Positions 48,234-58,101 of a stretch of DNA of 64,000 bases are shown here, in pieces; positions within the stretch are counted from its first letter, which is position 1; every line of letters starts with the position of its first letter. The notes under the pieces were generated by a model. That model was not told the origin of the DNA, ran no database searches, and saw only the letters and a list, made by a program, of their open reading frames with translations. The stretch is from a virus, in the IMG/VR virus record IMGVR_UViG_3300046642_000296, positions 1 to 64,000 of that record. The stretch is one strand, 5' to 3'. Position numbers and translations under genes: made by a program.

Positions 48234-48509
48234 CTATGGTTGTGGTGTTGCCTGGGAATCCTGAGCTTCACTGTTGTTTCCACTCACGCTGGCCTGCTTG
48301 ACCACCCGGCCAACAATGCCAGACAGGGCGACAGCAGGTGCCAAGGCCCAGAGCATCCATCTGCAGCTGTGCTGCCAGTCGGGTGACATCGAAGCCCAGG
48401 CCACCGGGATCGCTCCCGCAATACTCAGCGCATGCGTGGAGTACATCTTCCAGACTCGTTTCCATTCGGGGATCAGCCTGTTGGTCAATGTCAGCTTCTC
48501 GAGAGCCAT
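48234..48509 (-). CDS. Holin
   Basis: LIPEWKRVWKMYS N-terminus, two TM segments and an RVVKQ C-terminus; directly upstream of the endolysin. Confidence 0.75.
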   Translation of the reverse strand: MALEKLTLTNRLIPEWKRVWKMYSTHALSIAGAIPVAWASMSPDWQHSCRWMLWALAPAVALSGIVGRVVKQASVSGNNSEAQDSQATPQP

Positions 48510-48826
48510 CGGAAAATCTCCATGCGAAATGAAGCAAGCAGTCCAACCAGTCCGGCCAGGATGATCCAGGTCCAGCGGCCAGCCAGCCCCGCCCCGACCA
48601 CCTTGTGTTTGATCGTGATGAACTCCTCGATCGTGGGCGCCTGGGATGCCAGGGACTCCTCAACCTTCTGCAGCCGGCTGGACACCTGGGTCAGTGTCTG
48701 TGACTGCTCTTCCATCTTTTCATACTGGCCTTTGCGTGCCGTCTTGGCTTCGGACAGTTCCTGCTGGATAAAGCCCATCTGCGTCACGAGGACAGCCAGC
48801 TGCACTTCAATCGACTCGTTCGGCAT
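48491..48826 (-). CDS. Coiled-coil + C-terminal TM lysis protein (N4 gp63-like holin/antiholin)
   Basis: PTIEEFITIKHKVVGAG followed by a TM segment. Confidence 0.7.
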   Translation of the reverse strand: MPNESIEVQLAVLVTQMGFIQQELSEAKTARKGQYEKMEEQSQTLTQVSSRLQKVEESLASQAPTIEEFITIKHKVVGAGLAGRWTWIILAGLVGLLASFRMEIFRWLSRS

Positions 48827-48845
48827 GTGTACGGTCCCGTAAACG

Positions 48846-48899
48846 AAAAAAGGGGGAAGCACAGGAGAATGGATTCACTCTCGCTTGTGCTTCCCCCTT
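48846..48899 (-). terminator. Rho-independent terminator between the tail and lysis modules
   Basis: AAAAAAGGGGGAAGCACAGG...CTTGTGCTTCCCCCTT. Confidence 0.7.
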
Positions 48900-48951
48900 G
48901 GTGACACCGCTCCGGGCGTCACTGGGTTAAGACCTGACGAATGATACTTGA

Positions 48952-49131
48952 TTAACCGCCTGAATTGGTTGCAGTCACATCAGGATTCACCGCAACTTCA
49001 ACTTCTGGATCGACCACCAGACGGCTTGAGTGGTTGAGCATATGCGGGTTGACGGCGAGGAACTGCGCCAGCGTCGGCGTCGTCCACTCCACCACCTCCA
49101 CACTGGTGGCCTGGGTCGTCGTGTCAGTCAT
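48952..49131 (-). CDS. Hypothetical protein (59 aa)
   Basis: Read directly: MTDTTTQATSVEVVEWTTPTLAQFLAVNPHML...; ATGA overlap with the upstream gene. Confidence 0.6.
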   Translation of the reverse strand: MTDTTTQATSVEVVEWTTPTLAQFLAVNPHMLNHSSRLVVDPEVEVAVNPDVTATNSGG

Positions 49132-49331
49132 GTGTCTTTCTCCGGATTCAGGGCATACCGGGCTTTGACCGCCTTACAGTGTGCGATCCATGCCACTGTC
49201 TCGGCAGGCAGTACAAGGCCACTCTGCTGGAGTGCATCGAGCCCTTTCATCATCGCATCAAGCTGGTCGCCGATGTCCATGTAGGCCGCCTTCCGCAGCG
49301 GCCGGGGATCAGTCTTGTGGTGGATCTTCAT
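49128..49331 (-). CDS. Small tail-associated protein
   Basis: LRKAAYMDIGDQLDAMMK...HCKAVKARY resembles tail-fibre accessory proteins. Confidence 0.65.
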   Translation of the reverse strand: MKIHHKTDPRPLRKAAYMDIGDQLDAMMKGLDALQQSGLVLPAETVAWIAHCKAVKARYALNPEKDT

Positions 49332-49753
49332 GTTTGGGTCACCGTGAAAGAAGCATCGAGCCAGGGAAAACAGGAAACCACCACGGTATACGTGCCCGCG
49401 TGCGAGAACGAGAGTTCGACCTCACCGTCGGTGACTGTGACCGGCTCATCGCCGCCGACCGTAACAGCAGAGGGGCTCGGCACATCGGAAATTGTCATCC
49501 CACGCAGAACGGCCGGGTTTTGCGGACGAGGCTTCAGAGTCCATGGAGTGGTGCTGCTATCGGCGTAGTCTGCATAGAAATCCGCGCTACCCGGTAGAAG
49601 ACGCCCGCCTTCAGGCACATGCGCATCCTGGTCAGCGAGCATCCATGCAGGCATGCTGCCGATCTGCTGCACCCTACCCGTCGAGTCCACGATCGTGTAG
49701 TCGGTCTGCGTCTCGTCCCGCTGAACTTCTGTGTCGATTGTCGTATCACTCAT
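49328..49753 (-). CDS. Tail-associated protein
   Basis: Coupled downstream of the J-like gene; [24 protein letters not shown]. Confidence 0.65.
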   Translation of the reverse strand: MSDTTIDTEVQRDETQTDYTIVDSTGRVQQIGSMPAWMLADQDAHVPEGGRLLPGSADFYADYADSSTTPWTLKPRPQNPAVLRGMTISDVPSPSAVTVGGDEPVTVTDGEVELSFSHAGTYTVVVSCFPWLDASFTVTQT

Positions 49754-51243
49754 CGTTTAGCCTCAAATACTGTCAGGGTGGTCACACCAAGCCCAAACCC
49801 GGAAGTAGCCAATGTCATGGTCCCATTAAACGAAGTCACTGCAGTGAGCGTGATGGTTGAGATAGTCGTCCCGCCGCCTGTACTGATCGTGCCGCTGGCG
49901 AGAATTCCACCGTTCAAGGTAATGCTCGCGTTGCTGGCCGAACTCATAGGCCCGCTGGCGAGAACAAGGATCATGCCGCCGCTGCCGGTGTACGACGTCG
50001 AGACGTTGTTGCCTGACGACACCGAAACCATCGTCGATACCGCATTGGAACCAATGAGGGCAGTGCTGATCTGGGCCGTGCCGATCTTGGCAGTCGTGAT
50101 CTGGGCATCCCCGATCTTGGCATTGGTAATCGATGCGTCAGCGATCTTGGCATTGGTGATAGCCGCATCGGCGATCTTGGCGTTCGTGATCGTCGCATCA
50201 CCAATGACCGCCGTGCTGATACTGACGGTCGGCACACCGTTGACCGTCTGCACGATGAACGGGACGACCCCCGCATACCCAGGCAGCGTGATCGAGAACG
50301 TATCGGCGCGGACCTTGAACGAACTGCCACCTGCTCCAGAGATAAGACTGAAGCCGGAGATTGAGCCGTTGTTATCGATCGTGACCGAATACTTGGCGTA
50401 GATCCCGTTGATCGAGGTCTGCTGTGTCTGGATCGTCGCGGTCTGGCCGTTGAGCGTCGTACTCAGTGCCACCATGGCCGCAGCATTACTCTGGTTGGCT
50501 GTGGCCAGTGCCGTCTGGACCGTGGTAATCAGCGCAGAGGTTGACGCTGTGCTTGCCTCAACCTGATCAATCCTTGAAGCCAGTGCCGAGTCAGCATCGG
50601 CATAGCCCTGCTCAACCGATGTGATGTCAGCTGTATTCCGTCCGACATTGGCCACAACCACGTCAATACGCTTGCCCAGTGCACTGTCTGCGTCAGCGTA
50701 GGCAATCTTGATGTCTTCAATGCCCACCGTATTGGCTGCAGTGGTGACCACCACCTGGTTGACCTGCTCGGCCAGTGCTTCTGTTGCGGTCGAGCGGGTG
50801 AGCGATTCTTCCTGGATAGCTGCCACATTGGCATCAATCCGGGAACCGATCGTCGTGATCTCGATGGCCACCGACTCCTCGGCCGTCTGCCGGGCAACCG
50901 ATTCCTCGGTGACGGAGGCCGTGATGATGCTGTCGGCAAGTTCGCGTGCATCCACCTCGGCCTGCAGTACCGCTCGTGCAGCTGTCTCGGATGCGGCCAC
51001 TGCCTTGGCAATAGCAGCATCGGAAACAGCTTTGGTCAGCAGATCGAGATCCGCCTGGCTCAGGACTGAACCGGGCAGATCATCAAAGAACGGATCCCCA
51101 GGCTCCGGCACCCCGCCCGGCTGGTAGAGCCGGAGAATCAGGTTATCGGTTTCCAGGTCCGCGAGAATGGGCTCATCCTCCAGCACCGCGGACAGGGTGC
51201 TGGACTGCAGGGTGAGCTGTGCATCGTCTAGAACGTCGCTCAT
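49750..51243 (-). CDS. Tail tip/fibre protein with lambda gpJ-like coiled coil and DUF1983-like domain
   Basis: [10 protein letters not shown] coiled-coil repeats, [17 protein letters not shown]...[12 protein letters not shown], and ITNAKI(A/G)DA repeats. Confidence 0.75.
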   Translation of the reverse strand: MSDVLDDAQLTLQSSTLSAVLEDEPILADLETDNLILRLYQPGGVPEPGDPFFDDLPGSVLSQADLDLLTKAVSDAAIAKAVAASETAARAVLQAEVDARELADSIITASVTEESVARQTAEESVAIEITTIGSRIDANVAAIQEESLTRSTATEALAEQVNQVVVTTAANTVGIEDIKIAYADADSALGKRIDVVVANVGRNTADITSVEQGYADADSALASRIDQVEASTASTSALITTVQTALATANQSNAAAMVALSTTLNGQTATIQTQQTSINGIYAKYSVTIDNNGSISGFSLISGAGGSSFKVRADTFSITLPGYAGVVPFIVQTVNGVPTVSISTAVIGDATITNAKIADAAITNAKIADASITNAKIGDAQITTAKIGTAQISTALIGSNAVSTMVSVSSGNNVSTSYTGSGGMILVLASGPMSSASNASITLNGGILASGTISTGGGTTISTITLTAVTSFNGTMTLATSGFGLGVTTLTVFEAKR

Positions 51244-51566
51244 CAGGTCTCAGCCTCCGTCACTGTGTCGAGCACGTCGATCTCCACCGTGTTGGAGATC
51301 AGCACCTTGCCGGCCGGGTTGACCAGCCGCACATCGAGCAGGTGCGGCATGGCCAGCCATTTGGCCGTGTCAGCGGCCGAAGCGTAGATGTTCACGAGCG
51401 AGGTGGTCAGATCCGTGATCGAGCAGGTCATGTGCTGGACAAAGGCGAAGTTCGTCCGGCTGCGCAGATCCGCCGATAGCGTGCAGCCATCGAGCGGGTA
51501 CGCCACGCCCTTGTTCGTGAGCTGGCCACTGAAGTCAAACGTCTGACCGCGCTTGAATCTGATCAT
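51243..51566 (-). CDS. BppU-N-like / Ig-like tail accessory protein
   Basis: FKRGQTFDF...[12 protein letters not shown]...DVRLVNPAG; ATG at 51566. Confidence 0.6.
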   Translation of the reverse strand: MIRFKRGQTFDFSGQLTNKGVAYPLDGCTLSADLRSRTNFAFVQHMTCSITDLTTSLVNIYASAADTAKWLAMPHLLDVRLVNPAGKVLISNTVEIDVLDTVTEAET

Positions 51567-51577
51567 GTCGGTCTCCG

Positions 51578-52030
51578 TCAGGCGGCCTGCTTCTGCATGG
51601 CCGCAATCACGCGCTTGAGCGCGTAGTAGAACGAGTTCGGGTCGAAGCGCCACGGCTGTTCAAAGCCGAGCGCTGCACCCACCGATTCGTTGCAGAAGAA
51701 GCTCTTCTCGCTCTGGCGCACGAAACCGATCACGAAGTGGGCGTCACCCCATACGTCGTACTTGGCTCCGTCATGCGCTTCGAACCAGGCGAGAGCAGCT
51801 GCCTCGTCAAAACCGGTGGCGTCCAGGAAATCCCAGTCGGCTTCATTGAAATCGATGGAACCAGCGGGAGCGATACGCACCCCACCCTCGAGGAACGTGC
51901 TGGAACAGGCCCGGCCGTCACTCAGGACCAGCTCGACGTGTGCATAGCTGCCAGCCATCCACTCGTGTACGCCGATGTCGAAGATGGCTGAGAGTCCTTT
52001 TTTGGTTCCCTTGAAAAACGCTACTTTCAT
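51578..52030 (-). CDS. Permuted papain-like (NlpC/P60/YiiX-type) protein
   Basis: His-before-Cys order: SYAHVELV...GAKYD...FFCNESV. Confidence 0.7.
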   Translation of the reverse strand: MKVAFFKGTKKGLSAIFDIGVHEWMAGSYAHVELVLSDGRACSSTFLEGGVRIAPAGSIDFNEADWDFLDATGFDEAAALAWFEAHDGAKYDVWGDAHFVIGFVRQSEKSFFCNESVGAALGFEQPWRFDPNSFYYALKRVIAAMQKQAA

Positions 52031-52041
52031 GGCTTTCCCCG

Positions 52042-52560
52042 TTACTGGATGGTGGCTGCGACAGCATTGGTCTGCGCAACGATGTCGTCATAGACGGCCT
52101 GCGCCGTTATTGCGTTTGCTGCCTTGATTACCTCGTACTTGCGCATGCGTAGTGCGCCCAGACTCTTCAGGGCACCGTTCAGCATGGATGCCTGCGCAAG
52201 GATGGTGTCTGCCGCCGCCTGATTGGTGACACCGGCAGAAGTGGCGTAGGCCGAGACCCAGGTACCCGGATCCCCAGCGTAACCTGCGTCCTTGAATGCC
52301 TGCGCGGCCTGCTCACGCAGCAGGTATTCCTGCTGGAAGCGAGTCCAGTTGGAATAGATCGAGGCCACGAGCCCGTCAATGGCATCGGCGAGTTCCTGCG
52401 CGCTTAATTGCGATGTGACTACCGGGCAAGGTGTGGCTGTGTTGCCGGCCGCCACCCATGCGAGATATGTCGTGTAGTCGCTGTTCGCTGGATCGGACGG
52501 GATGAACGCACCATCTGAATCTCGGATAACAATACCGTTCTGAGTTACGGTGTACGTCAT
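52042..52560 (-). CDS. Tail fibre assembly/chaperone-like protein
   Basis: IRDSDGAFIPSDPANSDYTTYLAWVAAGN; directly after the tail fibre. Confidence 0.75.
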   Translation of the reverse strand: MTYTVTQNGIVIRDSDGAFIPSDPANSDYTTYLAWVAAGNTATPCPVVTSQLSAQELADAIDGLVASIYSNWTRFQQEYLLREQAAQAFKDAGYAGDPGTWVSAYATSAGVTNQAAADTILAQASMLNGALKSLGALRMRKYEVIKAANAITAQAVYDDIVAQTNAVAATIQ

Positions 52561-52563
52561 GGC

Positions 52564-55500
52564 TTATAGCTCCGCATTGAATGTCAATAGACCGCCATAC
52601 CCAAATCCCATGCCTGTCGCAGTGACCACGACATTGAAGCGGGCTTTGTTAGGAGTTACGGTATTGAGGACGTACCCCGAGGCATTCGAGTAGGTAATAG
52701 ACCCGATCGTTACAGCAGGCGTCACCCGCATCGGCACGGGATAGGTAACATCGGCCCACGCCTGATTGCCCGCGTTGGTGTACCCCGCAACCATCTGGTC
52801 GGTGATGATCTGGTAATAACGCTGGCTCCGGGCAAACTCTTCTGCGTAGGAGCGACGCTCAAACGGTGTGGTAATGGCGCCAGACTCGAGCTGGATGTTC
52901 GTGGCGGCAATGTAGTTGCCTGCCGTCGCAGCCCAGTTCGTTGCACTTGCGTACGCCGCATAGGTGATACTCGCGGCGAGCTGCCATGTATTAAGCGTGG
53001 AAGTGCTATATGTGCCCGTCTGGAGCGCACCGATATAGACGATTGCCCCAATAGAAGTGCTGGCAGCAAAGGCCGCACCTGCGGGAGCGGCAGGCACGGC
53101 GAGCTGAACCGGCTGCACAGCACCGGCTGTTGCGTAATCGAACGTGGACGTATAGGTATAGGCTGACGTTCCGTTCAGGTACGCAACAGCAACGCTATAC
53201 GTACCCGCAATGGCCGCCTTGAACAGGAACGAGAGAGCAACCGACCTACCTGGCAGGTCATAGCTGTCATTTGCCTCAACGCGCTGCTGGATACCACTGA
53301 TCGATGTGGTACCGCCCAGACTAGTCGCAGCAACCGTGATGGTCTGCTGCACCGTTGGAATCGTGATCCCGTTATAGACAAGCGAACCCTGAGACTGGGT
53401 GAGCGTCGCACCCGTTGCACCGGTGTTATTGCAGAAGTACCGATCAGGGCCACCATACCCACCGTAGCCCGCAGCATAGGCGGTCGACGCACGTTGCGCG
53501 ACACGGCAGTCACCATTGATGATCCGGTTGCGCCCCGACAGGAACGAGCTCAGGTTGCCGGTATCGAACGGCGTATTGCCTGCAAAGGTCGGGCGCTGCG
53601 AGAGTGCAGCCACACCCGTCGCACGGTTGACTACGATCGGCTGGTCAATGAGTACACCTGCATCCGTGTAACGACCGAGAAGCCAGTTCGAGCCTGCATT
53701 GCTGCCGGATTCAGCAGAGTTGTCCACGCCTTCATACCAGCGTTGCGAGCCATTCGTCTGGTAGCCGATCCACCGCGTTTGCCCAGCGGCCGCTGCGTTG
53801 AGCGTGAGTGCTGGGTTAGCGTAGGCAAGCGACAATGCACCCGTCATTGCGCCGCCCGCCAGCGGAAGATAACTCGCCGGGTTGAGGTTGCCGCTATCCC
53901 ACGGGGTATTCGGGCCGAATACCGGGCGCTGCGTGAGCGTCGCCACACCTGCCGGGGAGAACGTCAGCGGCGAATCTGCATATGCGCCGGACGCGTACCG
54001 GTCAAGCGCGAGCCCACCGGAGGAACTGCCCGAGTGAAGATTCCATAGCGGCGTCCCGTTCGACTGGAAGAGGATGCGGGCCTGATTTGCAGCTGACGTA
54101 TCGTTGAGCGTGAGCGTTGGGGTCGAGTAGCTGACCGACAGCGTACCGGTCATCGTTCCGCCTGCGAGCGGCAGGTAGTTACCCGGCGTGAAGTTGGCCG
54201 AGTCCCATGGCGTGGCTGTGCCGAACACAGGACGCTGGGTGAGCGAGACAACGCCCGCCGTACTGATACTGAGGGGAATCTCGGCGAGCGAACCTGCGGC
54301 ATAGCGCACCACAGTGAAGTTCTGCGACGCGTCTTTATTGACCCGCCACATATTCACACCGGCATTCTTGAAGTACAGCGATGCCGACGCCGCACCACCG
54401 CTGTCATCAATGGAGACGGCAGCGTTGGCCACACTGACAGTCTGGTTCCCCGTGTACGAGTTCGCACCCGTCGAAGCAGCGCCCAGCGCTGTGCGTGCAT
54501 CGGCCGCTGTCGTCGAGCCCGTGCCCCCACTGGCCACCGGAATCGGCAAGGCGATAGCCGCTGCACTCGCTGCTGCCTGGGCCGCGTAATACTTCGCAGA
54601 GTAGCTGGTCCCATCGACCGTGCCGCCCATCTGGGCTGCCCAGTTCTGGGCCGTCGCTGCATAGCTGCCCGCCTGCGTGCTCGATGCGCTGGCATTGGAC
54701 TCAGCCGTCTCTGCTCCAGTGCGTGCCGTCTGGGCTGCCACAGCACTGCCCCCAGCATTGGCTTCCGAAGCCGCCGCCGCTACCTTCGAGTCGTTGGCCT
54801 CCGCGGCCGATGCAGCCGCATTCGTTTCACTCGTGCTGGCGCCCGATGCCGAAGCACCGGCTGCCGCTGCCGAACCTGCAGCCGCCGATGCGCTTGCCGT
54901 CGCATTGGCCGCCATCGTCTCGGCCGTTGCATCCTGATCCTGCCAGCCGGTGGACGTATACACCCGCAGCTGGTTGCTGGCGGTGTTGAAGTATTCGGCA
55001 CCGACAATGAGTGCATCACCGTTGTTGTCGACGGCCGGATCTGCTGACTTCGAGCCCAGGTACAGTGCGTTCATCGACCGGACAATGGCTTGCGCCTGAG
55101 CCAGGGAGGAAGAAGCACCGGCTGCCGAAATGCCTGCAGCTGTCTCACTCGCCTTCGAGTTTGTCTCGCTGGTCTTGGCTGCATCCTGCGAAGCCAATGC
55201 CGCCGCAGCCGAGGCAGAAGCATTGGTTTCGCTGGTTGCCGCGTTCGATTCTGCGAGCTCGGCTGCTGCACGATCGGTCGAAGCCGAACCTGCGCTCGCA
55301 GCGGCGGCCGTCTCCGAATGACCTGCGTTGGTCTCACTGGCGGCGGCTGCCTGGGCACTCGCCAATGCCGCAGCCTCACTGGCAGCAGCAGCAGATTCGC
55401 TTGCCCCAGCATTCGTTTCGGACAGGTGTGCGGCAGCCTCACTGGCCGCCGATGCCTGTGCCTGGGTCGTGGCCGTTGCGGCGCTTTCCGCAGCCGCGAC

Positions 55501-55797
55501 TTCACTTTGTGCAGCTGCCAGCTCCGAAGCGGAGGCCGCCTGTTCGCTGGCAGCCGCAGCCGTCTGGCTCACCAGTGCCTGGGCTGCCTGGGCGGTTGCC
55601 TCATGTTCAGCAGCAACGGCGACAGCCTCAGCACTCTGCATGTCCGCAACGACGCGATCGACGTTCTTTTCCAGATATTCGATCACCGGCAGCTTGTCGG
55701 CCACGGACTTCACAGCGTCATAGGCCGTGCCCAGTGCCTTGTCAATCGGTGGCGCTGCGCCACCTTCTTTCATGTCAAGCGTGTTACGCATACCCAT
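52564..55797 (-). CDS. Tail fibre protein
   Basis: N4-type anchor (DKALGTAYDAVKSVA), Ala/Ser-rich SETNA repeats, YLPLAGG(T/A)MTG repeats and an RNRIINGDCRVAQR C-domain. Confidence 0.88.
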   Translation of the reverse strand: MGMRNTLDMKEGGAAPPIDKALGTAYDAVKSVADKLPVIEYLEKNVDRVVADMQSAEAVAVAAEHEATAQAAQALVSQTAAAASEQAASASELAAAQSEVAAAESAATATTQAQASAASEAAAHLSETNAGASESAAAASEAAALASAQAAAASETNAGHSETAAAASAGSASTDRAAAELAESNAATSETNASASAAAALASQDAAKTSETNSKASETAAGISAAGASSSLAQAQAIVRSMNALYLGSKSADPAVDNNGDALIVGAEYFNTASNQLRVYTSTGWQDQDATAETMAANATASASAAAGSAAAAGASASGASTSETNAAASAAEANDSKVAAAASEANAGGSAVAAQTARTGAETAESNASASSTQAGSYAATAQNWAAQMGGTVDGTSYSAKYYAAQAAASAAAIALPIPVASGGTGSTTAADARTALGAASTGANSYTGNQTVSVANAAVSIDDSGGAASASLYFKNAGVNMWRVNKDASQNFTVVRYAAGSLAEIPLSISTAGVVSLTQRPVFGTATPWDSANFTPGNYLPLAGGTMTGTLSVSYSTPTLTLNDTSAANQARILFQSNGTPLWNLHSGSSSGGLALDRYASGAYADSPLTFSPAGVATLTQRPVFGPNTPWDSGNLNPASYLPLAGGAMTGALSLAYANPALTLNAAAAGQTRWIGYQTNGSQRWYEGVDNSAESGSNAGSNWLLGRYTDAGVLIDQPIVVNRATGVAALSQRPTFAGNTPFDTGNLSSFLSGRNRIINGDCRVAQRASTAYAAGYGGYGGPDRYFCNNTGATGATLTQSQGSLVYNGITIPTVQQTITVAATSLGGTTSISGIQQRVEANDSYDLPGRSVALSFLFKAAIAGTYSVAVAYLNGTSAYTYTSTFDYATAGAVQPVQLAVPAAPAGAAFAASTSIGAIVYIGALQTGTYSTSTLNTWQLAASITYAAYASATNWAATAGNYIAATNIQLESGAITTPFERRSYAEEFARSQRYYQIITDQMVAGYTNAGNQAWADVTYPVPMRVTPAVTIGSITYSNASGYVLNTVTPNKARFNVVVTATGMGFGYGGLLTFNAEL

Positions 55798-55799
55798 AA

Positions 55800-56504
55800 T
55801 CAGGTCCACCCGTTGCGTTGAAAGCGGTTATTGGTCTGGGACTGGCTCGTGCTCACCAGATCCAGTGCGACGGCCTCGCCACAGGTCGCCTTGAACGACT
55901 CCAGATGTCCAGCCGAAATCGCCTGGGATTCCTGAGTGTTGAGCTGACCAAAAGCCCGGTAGGCGATCCATGCACGTAGCGCCGGCACGAGGACATCGGG
56001 CAGGTCGATCTCCTGCGTGAGGTCTTCCAGCGTGAGCAGCGGATGCTTGGCCTGGTAACCGAGTGAGAGCGCGATGCCATCCTTTGGCCGGGGCACCTGC
56101 AAAACCCTGTTCTGCGGCGTGAACACCGAGTAGTCGTTCGTCTCGTCATTGAGTGGCAGCTCCCGGCCGCAGCTGTCAAAGACACTCAGGATCCGGATCA
56201 CGTCTTCCTGGAACGGCTCCTCGACCAGATCCCGGATGTAGAGATGCTGCTGGGTCGAGGTGCCCGCCTGCGACTGGGCGTATTTGAGCAGCAGGTGGTA
56301 GCTCGTGATCGACTCCACCAGATCGATGAGGACATCGTTCTGGCGAAGCACGAAGGTGGAGTGGAGCTTGAGCAACCCGTCGTTGGCGAAGCGGATGATC
56401 CGCTCCTTGCCATCGTCCGTGATGTAGCCTGCCCCCTCGTTGGCAAGGTTCAGGCTCGACAGCTCCCCGAAGGAGAGGTCGCTAAACAGTTGGGTAATGT
56501 CCAT
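55800..56504 (-). CDS. Head-tail adaptor (N4 gp67-like)
   Basis: LSFGELS, LGYQAKH and RFQRNGW; synteny after terminase. Confidence 0.85.
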   Translation of the reverse strand: MDITQLFSDLSFGELSSLNLANEGAGYITDDGKERIIRFANDGLLKLHSTFVLRQNDVLIDLVESITSYHLLLKYAQSQAGTSTQQHLYIRDLVEEPFQEDVIRILSVFDSCGRELPLNDETNDYSVFTPQNRVLQVPRPKDGIALSLGYQAKHPLLTLEDLTQEIDLPDVLVPALRAWIAYRAFGQLNTQESQAISAGHLESFKATCGEAVALDLVSTSQSQTNNRFQRNGWT

Positions 56505-56511
56505 CTCGATC

Positions 56512-58101
56512 TCACACGATATATGCCGCAAGCCCGCTTGGTTCGCTGTGCTGTTCGTCTTCCTCGTAGATCGACACCTCGTGAGGCGTGACCGGCATCG
56601 AATCCGACGGACGGAACGGCTTCAGATAGCCAAGCATCGACACGGTGTCGATGAAGTCGTCTTTGCCTTTGATGCCGCTGGAAGTGACCAGCTTGAGCTG
56701 GCCCATTGCGATACCGAGCGTCTTCGACAGCTTCATCTCTTCCGGGAAGTAGAACTTGCCGGCCTTGAACCAAGGAACAACCAGATTGAAGCGGGAGAGC
56801 TTGTCGGTGATTGGGCGTATGCCAGGGGTTCCACTCTTCTCCGAGGAAGCGAAGTTGAACCAGATGTTGCGGTTCATCATCTCTGCCTGGAGCCAGGAAA
56901 TGAAAGCGCCCTGCTGTCCCGTGATCTCGATGCCTACCTGCTGCGGTTTGTACAGCTGTACCAGCCTGAACAGGTCGTCGACTGTCTTGTCCATCTTCTG
57001 GCGTTCGATGATCCCATCGACCCAGAGCCAGTCGCCGTTGGAATTGTACGCCCAGACACTGATGACTGAATAGTCGGCTGTCTGTTTTTCTGAGGTGGCG
57101 AAGTCGGTCGTGATGTAGAAGTTGAAACTGTTCCTGTTCTCCAGCAGATTGCGCCGGTTGTACCAGCGGATCTCCGCGTCCTGAACGAGGCGTTCCTCTT
57201 CCGAACTGATGCGCAGCATCAGTTCCTGCATGAAGGCCGCGAGCTTGCCGGTTTTCACCGCCATCTCGTATTGGTCCCTCACGTACTCGTAGGTGAAGCG
57301 ATCCTCCCATGCGCCGCAGAATTCTTCCTTCTCACAGGGAAAACGCTCGCACACCGGCCACACGTTCACGTCCCAGGCGCCCGACTCGACCGCTTCAATC
57401 AGGATGTCGTCCTTGTTGAACGGTGTGCCGTTGAAGATCACCTTGCGACGTGTCGGATCCAGGGCGTGGTTCACGCCCTTGTACACCGTGTCCTTGATCG
57501 CCTCCATGGCGGCCTTGGACTTCGAGTCATCATCCGAGATCAGGTCATCGAGCACGGCAACGACCGGCCGCTTGCCGAAGATCTTCGTGCCGCGCAGACC
57601 CGTCTTCGCACCGAACATCTTGATGCCGATGCGGTGCCCTTCCCGGTTCTGGAACTCGATGTAGTTGTCCGTGAAGGTGGCGTGCGGAATCCACTCCTTC
57701 AGGAACTCACTGTTGTTGTACCGGAACTCAATGTTCTTTCGGGCAGACTTAACGCCGTTGTCCATCGAGTCAGACACATAGATCATCCCCTCAACCTTAC
57801 CGAAGCCTGGGATATATCCAAACATGCCGAGGAACAGTGAGAAATACTCCATGAACAGAGTAGTTTTCGCTGCACCCCGGAAACAGAGGTTCGCAATATA
57901 GTCAGACTTCGATTCAACCACCTTGTCGAGCATCTTCAGATGCACTGGTGGGGTTTTGTGAGATTCGCCCTGTTCGCCGTTCGCCAACTTGATGAAGTTC
58001 ATGAACGTCAGGGCAAACACACTCGGGGCATAACTGGGCGAGTTCAGCTCCTTATAACTGACCTGATCAAGCCAGTTATCGAGCTCCTGTTTAATGAGCA
58101 T
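56512..58101 (-). CDS. terL: Terminase large subunit (N4 gp68-like)
   Basis: CFRGAAKTT, VLDDLISD, FNGTPF, ITTDFATS and DDFIDTVSML. Confidence 0.95.
   Translation of the reverse strand: MLIKQELDNWLDQVSYKELNSPSYAPSVFALTFMNFIKLANGEQGESHKTPPVHLKMLDKVVESKSDYIANLCFRGAAKTTLFMEYFSLFLGMFGYIPGFGKVEGMIYVSDSMDNGVKSARKNIEFRYNNSEFLKEWIPHATFTDNYIEFQNREGHRIGIKMFGAKTGLRGTKIFGKRPVVAVLDDLISDDDSKSKAAMEAIKDTVYKGVNHALDPTRRKVIFNGTPFNKDDILIEAVESGAWDVNVWPVCERFPCEKEEFCGAWEDRFTYEYVRDQYEMAVKTGKLAAFMQELMLRISSEEERLVQDAEIRWYNRRNLLENRNSFNFYITTDFATSEKQTADYSVISVWAYNSNGDWLWVDGIIERQKMDKTVDDLFRLVQLYKPQQVGIEITGQQGAFISWLQAEMMNRNIWFNFASSEKSGTPGIRPITDKLSRFNLVVPWFKAGKFYFPEEMKLSKTLGIAMGQLKLVTSSGIKGKDDFIDTVSMLGYLKPFRPSDSMPVTPHEVSIYEEDEQHSEPSGLAAYIV

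Noticed and set aside
50040-50200. 30-bp tandem repeats (GATCTTGGC...) as a CRISPR or regulatory array
   Set aside because: They are in-frame coding repeats ([10 protein letters not shown]) of the tail protein, with no unique spacers.
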